A stretch of DNA of 50,623 nt from Octopus bimaculoides. Taxonomy: Eukaryota. The position numbers and the translations under genes are program-made. This document shows, piece by piece, positions 27,533 to 38,271 of the stretch (position 1 is the first letter of the stretch; every line of letters begins with the position of its first letter). The stretch spans positions 2,078,097 to 2,128,719 of the forward strand of contig NC_069002.1 in the NCBI RefSeq assembly GCF_001194135.2, read 5' to 3'. A model generated the notes under the pieces. That model had not been told where the DNA came from. It saw only the letters and a program-made list of their open reading frames with translations, and ran no database searches.

Positions 27533-27702
27533 TTTGAGATAATTGACTGCTGTCGAGAAGAAATTCACTTCATTAACATAAAACCCCTCATGACACGAAC
27601 ATCAATTAGAAACATCCATGGAAACAGTGATATCGATAGACTTTATCTAAGGAGAGATGAAGGAGATAGAACCATGAGATCACTACTGATGGCCCTCGAA
27701 TA
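27533..27702 (+). mobile_element. Second R4/Dong-like LINE fragment
   Basis: FEIIDCCREEIHFINIKPLMTRTSIRNIHGNSDIDRLYLRRDEGDR is homologous to the end of the 25140-25585 fragment (FGIIDWS...HRDSDIDR) and to the R4 DRLY..R..GGRGL motif. Confidence 0.7.
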
Positions 27703-27880
27703 TAGTAGGGGTGCTGAAAAGTTCCTAGCTTTAGATACACGTAATGCCAGGAACATTCCGGCAATTAACCGCTAGTGATACAAAGAAGAATATTTAGATG
27801 CACGACAAGTCCATATGAGAGGTTCTCTCATGGTAAATAACGCTGTATAGTCTGTTCTAACTAAAAATCCAATTTTATGT
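27703..27880 (+). mobile_element. Mariner-type terminal inverted repeat / MITE left end
   Basis: TA followed by gtaggggtgctgaaaagttcctagcttt, typical of mariner TIRs (compare ctgaaaa.ttc at 41514); no right TIR found, so the end is approximate. Confidence 0.55.
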
Positions 27881-28064
27881 GGAGATAAATATTACTATTT
27901 CGTAATGAGGTTGCTTCTGTCGCTATCAATTATTTATTAATACATCCATTTTTATATAACTTAAAAATTTTTCTTGGAAGTTCATTGGGACGTATGTTGA
28001 ATATTAATTCTGGAACTCAACCAAGTACAATATAAAAGAGTATGACAAACAGAGAAGGAGAAAC

Positions 28065-28124
28065 AGAGGGAGAAAGGAAAAAGAGAAAGATATAGATAGA
28101 GAATGAGTGAGAGACAGAGAGAAA

Positions 28125-28177
<53 letters not shown>
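28065..28177. repeat. (GA)n tract
   Basis: Direct reading. Confidence 0.9.
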
Positions 28178-28180
<3 letters not shown>

Positions 28181-28801
28181 ACGCAAAAAGATGCAAATAG
28201 ACAAATATTTATGTTGTTTCAGGAATTACAATGTACAGTGTGTAGAGTGAAGTTTCTTCCGTAAACATAGTAAGTCGTATTTTGGAAGACATATCTGTGA
28301 TAATCCCAGGAGGTTAAGCATCGACCTAGAGATCATCCGTCAAAAAATACTTTATTGATGTTGCATGGATTGGTCAGAATTTTTCAGAAGAGTTCGTAAC
28401 TGATTTAGTAAAGATGCACCGAGTCCTTCGTCAAGCAAACACAACTTTATTCGGCTTGTTGGTCATTGATACAATGCAGAAATATTCAAATATTCACACC
28501 AGAGAAAATGGGTCAGCTATCGAAATCTAGTCTCAGTCAGTATCCAAACGGAAAAGTAGTCTTACTTTTAAGCCAAACTAAATTCATTGACGTAGCAGAA
28601 TTAAAGAATTAATTAATTAATTAATGAAAATAAAATAAATAATTAATTCTTCATTCAATTATATATATAAACATAAAGTTTAATCACATTTTCACAGTAT
28701 TGTATTGCTTCAAAGATTTTTATGGCAAAGTTTATACATACTCACAAACAGACACACACATATATGGATGTGTCCTTTGTATATAAATGTGCGTGTGCGT
28801 G

Positions 28802-28840
<39 letters not shown>

Positions 28841-29016
28841 CCGAATGTGTGTGACACTTATATAGCAATATAACATATATTGCATACATATATTGGTAGA
28901 TAGATGCATACATACAAATATACGCTTTTTTTCTACGATCGCAATATAAGGTTAACACGCAGCCACAGAGACATAGAAACACGCGCACGCACGCACGCAA
29001 TACATACATACATACA

Positions 29017-29049
<33 letters not shown>

Positions 29050-29744
29050 TTTATTTATTTTTATTTATGGGTTTCAGCCAAGTGGCTGCGACACATACAC
29101 ATACAGTTCACAAACTTACATGCAGACACGAACACAGATTAACTAAATATCTATGTATCCATCTACATACCGATCTATCCATCTATCAATCTATCCATCT
29201 ATCTATTTGTCTATCTCTCTCTCCCTGATACACACACACGCACACACACACAAATATATATACATATACATAGACACATACTCATATGTGTATGTATATA
29301 TGTATGTAATTTATATAAGTATAAGCCGGTGTGCCTGTTTGTTTGTTTGTTTGTTTGTTTGTATGTATGTATGTATGAAATGCATGCATGTACGTATGTA
29401 TGTATGTATGTATGTATGTATGTATGTATATATGTTTGTATGTATGTGTGTGTATGTATCTATGTTTAGAGAAAATAAGATGCCGCACCAAGTGCAACAA
29501 TGACTCATTTTGTTTAATTAGTTTCAAGTAAATTAAAAGATGGATAATTAAATTTCGTTCTTGTAAAAAGTGAATTATAGAGGAATTTTCCTTGTCGCCA
29601 GTCTTAAATCTTTATTCCTCATTTCTTTTTATATAACTGTTCATATTCTTTCAAATTTAATCAGACTCATGAAGAATTTAACGGTATTAATTTTGAAATT
29701 AGTTGCGAAATACTGAAATGGATTTTTTTTTGTTAGCCAGGGCA

Positions 29745-29788
<44 letters not shown>

Positions 29789-29794
29789 ACAGTT

Positions 29795-29825
<31 letters not shown>

Positions 29826-29826
29826 T

Positions 29827-29985
29827 CAGTGGTTCTCAACCGGGGTCCATATATGATTTTTGGGGTCCACGTAACAAAATAATAAATTAGGGATCCACAA
29901 TCGTATTTCAAGGGCTTGTGAAACATTTTTGATTTAGATGTATGTATTGGTATGGATTGGTATGGATTGCAAGAAAGAGCGACGC
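29827..29985 (+). mobile_element. hAT (Charlie-like) transposon left end
   Basis: Starts CAGTGGTTCTCAACC, a classic hAT-Charlie terminus, with subterminal repeats ggggtcca x2 and gggatcca; no matching right end seen. Confidence 0.65.
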
Positions 29986-31764
29986 CTCTTGGTTTAACGT
30001 TTCACATCTCATACAAGTTAATGCGTATAACACGAAATGGGAATTTTGAAAGAAATTTCTAAAAACCTAGTTTTTAAATATGGAATGGCGATGGTAGTCC
30101 AGCAGAATAAAATTGTAATAAAAAGGTGGTTACTCTTTGTTTTCAACACCTTGTATTTTTTACGTATATAAATAATTTTGAGCAAAAGAATTATTTTGTT
30201 GTGTGAAAAACTAACTGAATATTTCAACAATGAATAAAACCATTTTGACAGCTACCGGAATAGAGATGTTCCAGTATCTATCATGGCCTTTGACAGAGGC
30301 GTTTTCAACTTAGCTTTGAAAACAATAACTACTTATTAGTTGTCTGCAACCATAGATCAATAATTGTTCTTAGCTTCTCCACTGTCAACAGTAATTTAAT
30401 ACATAATTTAAATGTATTCCCAGCACCCACCCTCCTGACATAACGTGACTCTGTGCATAGTAGATCATAATTGTTTATTGGGTTATTATTAGGTTATTAT
30501 GAACAGTTTAGTCCGCTATTCTAAATTGTTAATTTACAATGTCAGATGTTATTAAAGACGAAGTTTTGGATGCAAACGTCATTTGTATTTTTTTTTTCTG
30601 TTCTCAAACTCCTCTTTGTTAAATGCGTGATTTATAACTTTCCAGTTTATATTATATACAGTGCCGTTGCCCTCTGGTTTTTACGAGTTTTTATATGCAC
30701 CTGGAAATTTATTGTCAAAGACCCGATCATCGCTAATTGTCTTTTTAAGAAGATTGACAGTTGCTCACGCATGTACGTTTCTCCTCTCCGTGGCATCGAC
30801 GTGATGATCCAAGGGAGATAAAAACCGCTACACCTTGGCGTCAGTGTAGTCGCAGACGTACCACATAAAATAAGAGAAAACCAGGGCAGATATCGCAAGA
30901 CATCGTTTTTGAAGTTTTTACAATTCACACAATCCATTGACATAGTGTGTTACTTTATTTGTCGGCAGAACAAAGTATGGAAGGAACATTACACTCGGTC
31001 ATTGAATGCGATACACGAGGATTAGTGTTAGATACCTTTATTTAATTCTACAGGTGTGTGTTAAGATAGTTTCCATCAACTAAACGTCTTGAAAGTAGGA
31101 TAAAATGCATGATATTATATTTACGAAGCGAATCTCTTTTATTGAGATAGATAATTGCTAACGTCGAAAGCAGCCCATTTTTTAAAATGTGTAAATATGA
31201 AATGACACAATTAAATGCACCGTCGAAGGTATATTGTGTGAATCATTATCCACCAGAGACCTGTATAAAAGAAATATGTCACCGGTTCCGGGCGGTAGAA
31301 TTTTGATGCTGCTGCCGTCACAGCTGTTGATATATGAACCCACATATCCAGAACAAACCCTACGACAGTTCTGTTAACCCAGCTCCCTCGATCGTTATTG
31401 TTTTATCGAGTCCAAATTGAATGTAATCTATGGTGGAATATTTGGCTGTTATTTCTGAAACTATTCCTTGAGCCAAGATTCTCCCCTTGGCTCAAAATGG
31501 ATCTATCTCTAGAGACAAGCTATTTGTATTTTCTCTATCTTGGCATTTATTTTATCCAACTGTGAATAAGTGAATGCTCAGTCCGACAATATTGAGTCTA
31601 GCGCCCAGTTCATAATCATAAGAAATCGAAGTTAAATCCTGCATGACAATTAATTTGGAGCTCTACTATAGCCGCTGTATATTTTGTAATCTTTAATCTT
31701 ATTGATTATAACGAAATATTGTTATATAAAACGATAAGAATTTTGAATAATTGGAATAAACAAC

Positions 31765-31939
31765 AACAATTGCAAATGAAAAAAAAGTGACATGAATTGA
31801 TAAGAAAACTAAAGAACAAAAGAAGGCAAAACTATATAGATTTGAAATGAAATAAACTGATAAAATTTAGAAATTATGAAAGAAAATGTCGACTAGATAG
31901 TTAAAGAGATTTTAATAATTAAATTGTATGCATAAATAT
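31765..31939 (+). repeat. Left arm of a long inverted repeat (partner 33579-33747)
   Basis: 31873-31939 matches the reverse complement of 33579-33645 at 64 of 67 positions; similarity continues outward with indels. Confidence 0.9.
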
Positions 31940-32186
31940 ATGATGATTTTCAATAATGGTATAAAAAATCATATTTAAATTTATATAATGGTTTGAATAA
32001 TTTAGAAAATCAAAACATGAAAATAAAACTATAGATAAGATAAAATGTAAATATTGGGAAATGATAAACATGATATAGAGAAGGAAGGGGAGCAGACTGA
32101 ATAATATTAGAATGAAAAAAAAAACATCGACACACGTATATAGACAAACATATACACTCTCACGTCAGTATATATATATATATATG

Positions 32187-32215
32187 CCAAATATATTCAA
32201 TTACCACTCCATCAG

Positions 32216-32220
<5 letters not shown>
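32187..32220 (+). repeat. Left arm of a 34-bp inverted repeat (partner 32585-32618)
   Basis: ccaaatatattcaattaccactccatcagaatat matches the reverse complement of 32585-32618 at 33 of 34 positions. Confidence 0.9.
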
Positions 32221-32248
<28 letters not shown>

Positions 32249-32381
32249 ATATCAAATAATTATCTATTCATCTATATTACTTGACATGATAGTGTTTTTC
32301 ATATCTAAGACATTTTTTATCAGCATTATCGGTATACATACATATACATATATACATATATACTTATGTATGTATGCATAC

Positions 32382-32430
<49 letters not shown>

Positions 32431-32584
32431 NNNNNNNNNNNNNNNNNNNNNNNNNNNNNNNNNNNNNNNNNNNNNNNNNNNNNNNNNNNNNNNNNNNNNN
32501 NNNNNNNNNNNNNNNNNNNNNNNNNNNNNNNNNNNNNNNNNNNNNNNNNNNNNTATAGATAGATAGATAGATAGATAGATATAC

Positions 32585-32618
32585 ATATTCTGATAGAGTG
32601 GTAATTGAATATATTTGG
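32585..32618 (-). repeat. Right arm of the 34-bp inverted repeat
   Basis: atattctgatagagtggtaattgaatatatttgg; the ORF track shows PNIFNYHSIRI on both strands. Confidence 0.9.
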
Positions 32619-33164
32619 GATAAGAGAAAACAGTACGCTGTCATGTAAATGCCTCAGTACACAGCATAGGTATGTTGCAATTGAATAAATACATACGACA
32701 TATATCCGGGACATTGTTATGCAAAATATCATCTATTGAGAAATAAAAGCTCTCACAAATATGAATTCATTATCAGAACAGTCGGTTTTAAGGTCCCTGA
32801 GACGTTGGAAAACACGTACTTTTACTAATAACCGCAGAATGATTATTCAGCTGTTCCGTTGACATTTTCATACATTTAAACAAAGTGTTGTCTTTTTTTT
32901 TTTTTTGTTTTTTACTTCCCTTTATACTTTTCTGAAAAGTCTAGAGACACATTAGTAGCCGTGAGAAATGTCCTTCAAAATTTTTGAATGTAGAATATCT
33001 TTACAAAAAAATTCCCAAATGTCAGAAGTCTTCAAAAGGAAAATATCCTGAATTCGAACGTCAGAATCTGATAAGTCACGTATAGTTTTATTTCTAATTA
33101 AGAAGGAAGACAGCAGTTTCGAGGAAGGTTGTTACTTGATTACATTAAGTTCTACTTGGCCTCT

Positions 33165-33295
33165 ACAATGCTTTATTGATCGGAGAGGGATGAATGACAC
33201 ATTTGCCCTCGGTGGAATTTGAACAAATAACGTAAAGAGCCGGAAAAAAAATAATCGTATCGTGAAACATTTTCCCACTTCTCTAAGGTTTGTGC
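33165..33295 (-). mobile_element. Decayed family A SINE
   Basis: tttattgatcggagagggatgaatgacacatttgccctcggtggaatttgaac...cgtaaagagccggaa is the antisense core and B-box. Confidence 0.6.
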
Positions 33296-33578
33296 CGAAC
33301 TACCACCTTCAGTTACTGACACCTATAAAGCTACAAACTACCGTCTTTGAATGACAGAAACTATTCCACCGTGTAATAAACCAAACGAAAACGCTATGGA
33401 TTTTAAAACTGGGTAAATATATACAAAACTTTTCCGGCGTATTGAAATATAAAATATCACCATTTGATGTCTGAAACAGATTAGAAACAGGAAGGCTCCA
33501 ATTTCAATATGCGAACACTAACTTGCTACTTTCTGAGACTTGTGCAAGCATGTGTTTCTAGAAATAACACCAGCATAA

Positions 33579-33747
33579 ATATTTATGCATTCAATTTAAT
33601 TATTTAAATCTCGTTAACTATCTAGTCGACATTTTCTTTCATAATATTAAATTTTCAGTTTATTTTTTTTTTTAAGTTTGTATATTTTTGCTTTTTTTAA
33701 TCATTTAACTTCCTTATCAATTTATGATATTTTTATTTGCAATTGTT
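33579..33747 (-). repeat. Right arm of the long inverted repeat (partner 31765-31939)
   Basis: atatttatgcattcaatttaattatttaaatctcgttaactatctagtcgacattttctttcataat ... atttgcaattgtt. Confidence 0.9.
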
Positions 33748-34167
33748 TTTCCACAATTTTTCATGTAACTGAAACGAAGAGGCAATATAACAATTTTGCT
33801 TCTATTGTGTTTTTATTTGGAAAATTTATAAATACTGACGCGCGCACAAACACACGCACACATACACACACACAGACAAACACACACACACACGCGTACA
33901 TATATATTTACAAAAGTCAAAATATTTCTTATTCAGCTGGAGTATCTTTGAAGGTAAACAAAACTGAAACGATCGAACTCGACAGAAAGAAGTTACTTAA
34001 AGTCTCTCTATATATACACGTCAATAATTATAGCTGAAGATACGTATTTATTCAGGTACCTGCATACGTAGTGACCCTGTACCAAAACTGATGCATGGGA
34101 GAGATTTTCAATTTCTAGTGGTATTTGGGTTTTAGTTGGAGAACGTATCAATATTCTAATTTGAATG

Positions 34168-34294
34168 AATATACTTTTCTACTCATGGCACAAGGCCCAA
34201 ATGTTTGGAGAGAGGGCCAGTCGATTAGATCGAACCCAGTACGCAGCTGGTACTTAATTTATCGACCCCGAAAGGATGAAAGGCAAAGTCGACT
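34168..34294 (-). mobile_element. Family A SINE, 3' half
   Basis: aatatacttttctactcatggcacaaggcc...gtcgattagatcgaacccagtacgcagctggtacttaatttatcgaccccgaaaggatgaaaggcaaagtcgac. Confidence 0.9.
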
Positions 34295-34296
34295 GA

Positions 34297-34367
34297 GATC
34301 GATCTAATCGACTGGCCTCCTTCCACAAAAAATTTCGAGCCTTGTGCCTAGATTAGAAAAGAATATT
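34297..34367 (+). mobile_element. Family A SINE 3' tail, joined head-to-head to the previous copy
   Basis: gatcgatctaatcgactggcctccttccacaaaaaatttcgagccttgtgcctagattagaaaagaatatt. Confidence 0.9.
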
Positions 34368-34695
34368 GTTTGCTGCCTGCACGCGGAACAGGAATCAACG
34401 AAGGTGACTGAAAGGAATGTAAAGGTAATTTGGGTAAGAGGTTCAGGAATACATAACTGGGGTTCAGTAACGTAAAGTAGAACATATGATTACAACGTGA
34501 TCCTAACTTCGCACAGCAGTATCTGTAAGCACAATCAATGTAAGAAACCAAGAAAGGAATATAGAGAGTGATTATAATGAAATAATTTAGAATTCATTAA
34601 TATAACAACACCACTAAGCTCAGCAGAAGAATATTGGTTCCCACAACACAAATACAAACTCTGCTTAATTCAAAGATACTAAGAGTAAACTGTAG

Positions 34696-34765
34696 TTATA
34701 TGTAAATTTGGAATGGTGGATGATTTAAATTTATATGTAAATTTGAAATGATGGATAATTTAAAT
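34696..34765. repeat. 35-bp tandem duplication (2 copies)
   Basis: ttatatgtaaatttggaatggtggatgatttaaat / ttatatgtaaatttgaaatgatggataatttaaat, 3 differences. Confidence 0.9.
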
Positions 34766-34769
34766 CGTT

Positions 34770-35140
34770 GCTTCCAGTGGTATTTCAATGGCTTATATAA
34801 ATACTTCATCGGACAAAGGGATCAATACGAACTTGACGAGGTTGGTGCACGAATCAAAGGTGAAAAGATGGATCAAATATATTCTCAGAAAAATTATAAA
34901 TACTTGAGAGCCTTGGAGAGAACTTTCAATGAATTTTCAATGCCAAATGAAATGAGGTGAAGGACACATCACAAAAGCATGATAGTAAAAGATAATACAC
35001 CCAAAGTAATACTATCCACACATGGCTTGTGTTAAAACTGCCGTAATAAGCCCCGACTGATATGAAGGGCTTTGGTTAACCATTGATATCTACAGTTGGT
35101 TCATAGCAACTGAAGATAAGAAACTGAGGATAACAATTCA
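34770..35140 (+). mobile_element. Possible third, heavily decayed R4/Dong-like LINE fragment
   Basis: IKGEKMDQIYSQKNYKYLRALE resembles GE.I..L....YKYLG.LE; later GWFIATEDKKLRITIHY resembles EG.I.A.QDQ.L.T..Y. Confidence 0.4.
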
Positions 35141-35743
35141 CTACTGATACTACAACTCGTCACTTAACACATGGACATTTCCTGTGAATCCTGACTGAAA
35201 GACTATGACGACCACAGTTAATAATGAAGATAATTGTTGTATATAATTTCAAAACATAGAACTTTCATAAACTGCTTTACTAATTTCTTTGTATGTCAGT
35301 GGTTTAAAAGTTTATTTGCCACTGAACTCATATCTCATTTTACAAAAATATCGAGGAAAACTTATCTATATTTTAATAGACAAAAGAATCCCTACTAAAA
35401 TCATTAAAATAATAAGACAAAAAATATTATCAAAGTGAAATTATTCGAATAAAAAAGCATACAATAAGTGGTTATTTTGAAATAGGTATGAAACATTCTT
35501 TTATCAAATATAGCAATATTACATTAAAAAACAGAAATACAAAATATCTTGCGATATTGCAGAATTTTTTCAAGGAATTTTGGCGCTCAACGAAACCTAT
35601 TTTGATATATAAGACTTTATACGACATAAAACAGTTGTTATCGAGAAAGATAATATTGTGACAGCTTCAGTAATTATCTAAAAAAAAACATACTCACCTG
35701 TTTTCTATCGCTTTTAAATATTTTTCGGCAAAAATTAACTCAC

Positions 35744-35804
<61 letters not shown>

Positions 35805-35912
35805 CCTATGTATGTATGCATGCATGTATGTATGTATATCTTTATTATATGCATAAATGTGTGCACATATAGGTACACATGCATGTGCGTAGGTAGGTCT
35901 AGGCATATCTAA

Positions 35913-35947
<35 letters not shown>

Positions 35948-36647
35948 TATATATATATATTTAAATCTAATCTATGTGCATCTGAATATATATATATGTG
36001 TGTGCGTGTGTGTATACATATATATACATAGTTATAGATATAGATATAAATATGTATGTATGTATACTTGCATGCATGCATGTATGTATGTATGTATGTA
36101 TGTATGTATGTATGTATGTACGTTTGTTTGTACATATGTATGAGCAGCTCCGCGCCGGACACCAGAATGGTATTTATTTTTACGACACCACTCATATCTC
36201 ATGTGTTTTAAGCATTTAATAAACAAAAAACTGACCACATGGGTAATATATATATATAGTTATAAGCCGCACCTATAGAAAAAACGGCTTCCTTGATATT
36301 CTTGAAATATATATTATTTCACTTATGGACTTGTTTTCTCACATATGTGTTTCTAAGTTCTCCACCATTTCCAGAATAACGTATCATATTTGAAGAATTT
36401 TTGTAATAGATTGTTTTACATATTCATAAATACCAAACCCGAAGAGACGTAACCTGTACAAACGTTGGACGGCTTCATATATAATATCATCAATTACTTA
36501 ACGAACAGAAATCACTGAAAGTTAAACTAGCAACTCGCGTAGGCACAGCTTTCAATAAATAATATTACACTCTACCATGAGTGGTAGAGTTATGCGACAA
36601 GAAATCTAAATTTGGTGTATTATTTAAGAATTATAGGTAGAGCCTAA

Positions 36648-36862
36648 AGCTACGAGCTGGCAGAAACATTAGCACGCTGGTCGAAATGCTTAACGGTACT
36701 TCGTCTGCGTTACGTTCTGAATTCAAATTCCGCCGAGGTCAACTTTGCATTTCGTCCTCTCGGGGTCGATACATTAAGTACCAGTTGCGTACTGAGGTCG
36801 ATGTAATCGATTGGCCCCCTCCTCCAAAAGTTTGGGCCTTGTGTCTAGATTAGAAAAGGTTA
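36648..36862 (+). mobile_element. tRNA-derived SINE, family A, full length
   Basis: cgagctggcagaaacattagcacgc...gttctgaattcaaattccgccgaggtcaactttgc...cggggtcgatacattaagtaccagttgcgtactgagg...gccttgtgtctagattagaaaag. Confidence 0.9.
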
Positions 36863-37094
36863 TATGTAGAGCCCACACTGTTACACATATTCCATCTATG
36901 CCAGTCATTTTTTGACCAAAGCCAGTAAAAAAAAATATATAATTAAATACCAACATATATTGAGTAGTTGTACTTCTATATTTGGGTTTCTCACCAGTAT
37001 TTCTCACTAGCGTCTAATATATGTTCATAGATCTGCATATGTATGTATATGTTTATTGATACATATTTTCTTATCCATCTCTTATGCGTATACG

Positions 37095-37160
<66 letters not shown>

Positions 37161-37302
37161 TTACATATGCATACACGCTCGTGTGTATGAATGCACAGAC
37201 GCTTATATTAATGTGTATGTATTAAATATAATATACAATACATTGATACAACATTTACTTAACGTTAGAAATTTTTTTCCTTTGCTAGTAACATTGATAA
37301 GG

Positions 37303-37436
37303 TATTCAGCCCTTATTATCTATATTATAGTCAAATTTCCCAGAGCAACAAACGCTGTGTGTATTTAACATTACAATGCCGGATACGAAATGTATGTTCA
37401 TAGCTTTCTTCCTAAGATTGCAGCCTGAAGCAGAAC
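37303..37436. repeat. Copy 1 of an old direct duplication (partner 38127-38271)
   Basis: Ungapped block with 62 of 85 identical positions, plus a second block gattgcagcctgaagcagaac / gattgctgcttgaagcaaaac. Confidence 0.75.
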
Positions 37437-38126
37437 GAAGCACATTGAACAGTAATATTGTAATCTGCCACAATGACTTGTCAGCCTGTATAGTAATGAT
37501 ACTGCACACGAAATTGTAGTCGTCTTCGCTCGTATAGTAAACAGCAGGCGTTTAAGCAATTATCATCTGTGAAATAACGGATTTCTCTTGTGAAAATCTC
37601 AGATTTCAATGAAGGTATCCATTCCTGTGGGGGAGTGAAGAGATGAAGAGAATGTAGTGTAACAAGTAAACTTGCTATATATTACAGTAAATATCCCTAA
37701 AAACCTTCTGATTCTGACTTTAATATTGCAAGTAAATTTTAAATCATATAGACTGTCTCTGAATATTAGATATGGCTGAGCGCAGCTGGAATGCTTCTGA
37801 AATTATCTGTCCTTAGTCGGAGGTGTACTAGGTTTGAAGATGTAAAACAAAATTAGTCAAAAAAAGATCACTGAAATTGTAAATGAAAAGAGCAAGGGTT
37901 CGACCTGTGATAACACCTGTCGCATGTAAGTCGATGGTGCTTACCTACACATAGAGAAATTTGAAGGCAGTTGTCATGAAAAATAGATTCATTCCTGCAT
38001 TAAACTCGCTGTGTGTTCCCTTTATTTCCTAAGATCAGCATGGGTCCACGTTTTCTTGTTAAGAGTGTCTATATTAAATTTGCAAAGCGTCAATTACATC
38101 ACACACCTACAATGACATTAATATAA

Positions 38127-38271
38127 TGTTCAACTCTTTACTTTCTATATCATAGTCACATTTCCTTGAACAATAAGTGTGGTATGTATTTAATATTCCA
38201 CTGGTGGAATTGGTATTTATGTTAATAGTGTTCTCTTTTTCATTATCCATGATTGCTGCTTGAAGCAAAAC
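38127..38271. repeat. Copy 2 of the old direct duplication
   Basis: As above; about 10 nt longer in the middle. Confidence 0.75.

Noticed and set aside
28223-28269. Short exon candidate (gtttcag|G ... ATA|gtaagt; ELQCTVCRVKF)
   Set aside because: Stops occur in all frames before the strong donor.
30647-30943. 98-aa minus and 91-aa plus ORFs in a more GC-rich unique patch
   Set aside because: No family resemblance in any frame and no paired strong splice sites; it may be regulatory, but I have no evidence.
31468-31512. 10-bp hairpin (ttgagccaag/cttggctcaa) with CTAG 13 nt downstream, Helitron-end-like
   Set aside because: CTAG is followed by A rather than the T expected from an AT target, and no 5' TC end could be assigned.
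32794-32803. TCCCTGAGAC, the miR-125/lin-4 5' end
   Set aside because: Only 10 nt match; the rest of the mature sequence and a hairpin are absent.
36569-36590. 9-bp hairpin actctacca/tggtagagt
   Set aside because: Too short to be meaningful in 50 kb and has no supporting context.
37331-37519. Plus-frame peptide SNFPEQQTLCVFNITMP, vaguely CUB-like
   Set aside because: The paralogous copy at 38.1 kb has an in-frame stop, and the substitutions show no third-position bias.
37945-38106. Minus-strand exon-like segment (cattgtag|G ... TAG|gtaagc, 162 nt)
   Set aside because: Stops occur in all three frames; it could only be non-coding, and splice-site look-alikes are common.
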